Shown here piece after piece: positions 63,941 through 64,000 of a stretch of DNA of 64,000 bases (positions are counted from its first letter, which is position 1; the number at the start of each line of letters is the position of its first letter). Origin of the DNA: an uncultured Alphaproteobacteria bacterium. Its GTDB lineage: Bacteria > Pseudomonadota > Alphaproteobacteria > Puniceispirillales > UBA1172. Both the position numbers and the translations under genes were made by a program. Under the pieces are notes generated by a model. The model did not search any database and was not told where the DNA came from. It saw only the letters and a program-made list of their open reading frames with translations. The stretch is taken from NCBI GenBank assembly GCA_937952245.1, contig CALFYS010000117.1, positions 25,544-89,543 on the forward strand, read 5' to 3'.

Positions 63941-64000
63941 TGATGTATCCCCTTGGGTTTCTTTTGTGATTATTTTTATTTGCTATGGCAAGCCTAAGGC

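Noticed and set aside
1-64000. A search by eye for mobile elements, prophage or defence genes, CRISPR arrays, tRNA/rRNA genes and riboswitch-sized leaders.
   Set aside because: No transposase, integrase or recombinase-like ORFs, no spaced direct-repeat arrays and no intergenic region longer than about 260 nt were seen. Leaders are too short or lack recognisable riboswitch cores. Covariance-model scans were not possible here.

Overview
This is a 64 kb chromosomal window that is almost fully coding. I saw no rRNA, tRNA, CRISPR, transposase or integrase signals. Gene content suggests a marine heterotrophic alphaproteobacterium, but that is inference only, and GC content was judged moderate by eye rather than computed. 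The window is dominated by catabolism of osmolytes, quaternary amines and organosulfonates.

Main gene groups:
1. 0-6.6 kb: Frd/Sdh-like flavoprotein, split Fe-S hydro-lyase (fumarase/tartrate dehydratase-like), LysR regulator, diaminopropionate ammonia-lyase-like enzyme, GST and a TPP enzyme.
2. 6.8-12.1 kb: housekeeping and transport genes (cspA, EamA exporters, pgi).
3. 12.2-18.7 kb: an L-carnitine/gamma-butyrobetaine to glycine betaine operon. It encodes a BKACE enzyme, a carnitine dehydrogenase-thioesterase fusion, an acyl-CoA dehydrogenase, an ADP-forming CoA ligase and CaiD.
4. 19.3-20.8 kb: an uncharacterized pair of a membrane protein with basic and acidic low-complexity regions and an HExxH protein.
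5. 20.9-26.2 kb: a lone SufU/IscU-like scaffold gene, pyk, ltaE with a possible oxygenase, rarD and a cyclophilin.
6. 26.4-33.6 kb: an operon of an XRE-cupin regulator, two GcvT-fused FAD dehydrogenases (dimethylglycine/sarcosine dehydrogenase family) and a non-pyrrolysine MttB-family methyltransferase.
7. 34-46.8 kb: a taurine/sulfite regulon with soeCBA-like cytoplasmic sulfite dehydrogenase, pta, MocR-type tauR, an aminotransferase and tauABC. A conserved CTGGNNCTAW direct-repeat pair sits in two of its promoters.
8. 46.8-62 kb: SDR, quinone reductase, membrane di-iron desaturase-like protein, TIM-barrel protein, a Dpp-type ABC importer, a second MttB paralog, an M81/MlrC-like peptidase and a third GcvT-fused dehydrogenase.
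9. 62-64 kb: TupBC-like ABC components without a binding protein, and a USP gene.

The most interesting signal is the pair of MttB-family methyltransferases. Each is tied to GcvT-fused dehydrogenases, and no corrinoid protein or activase is present anywhere in the window.
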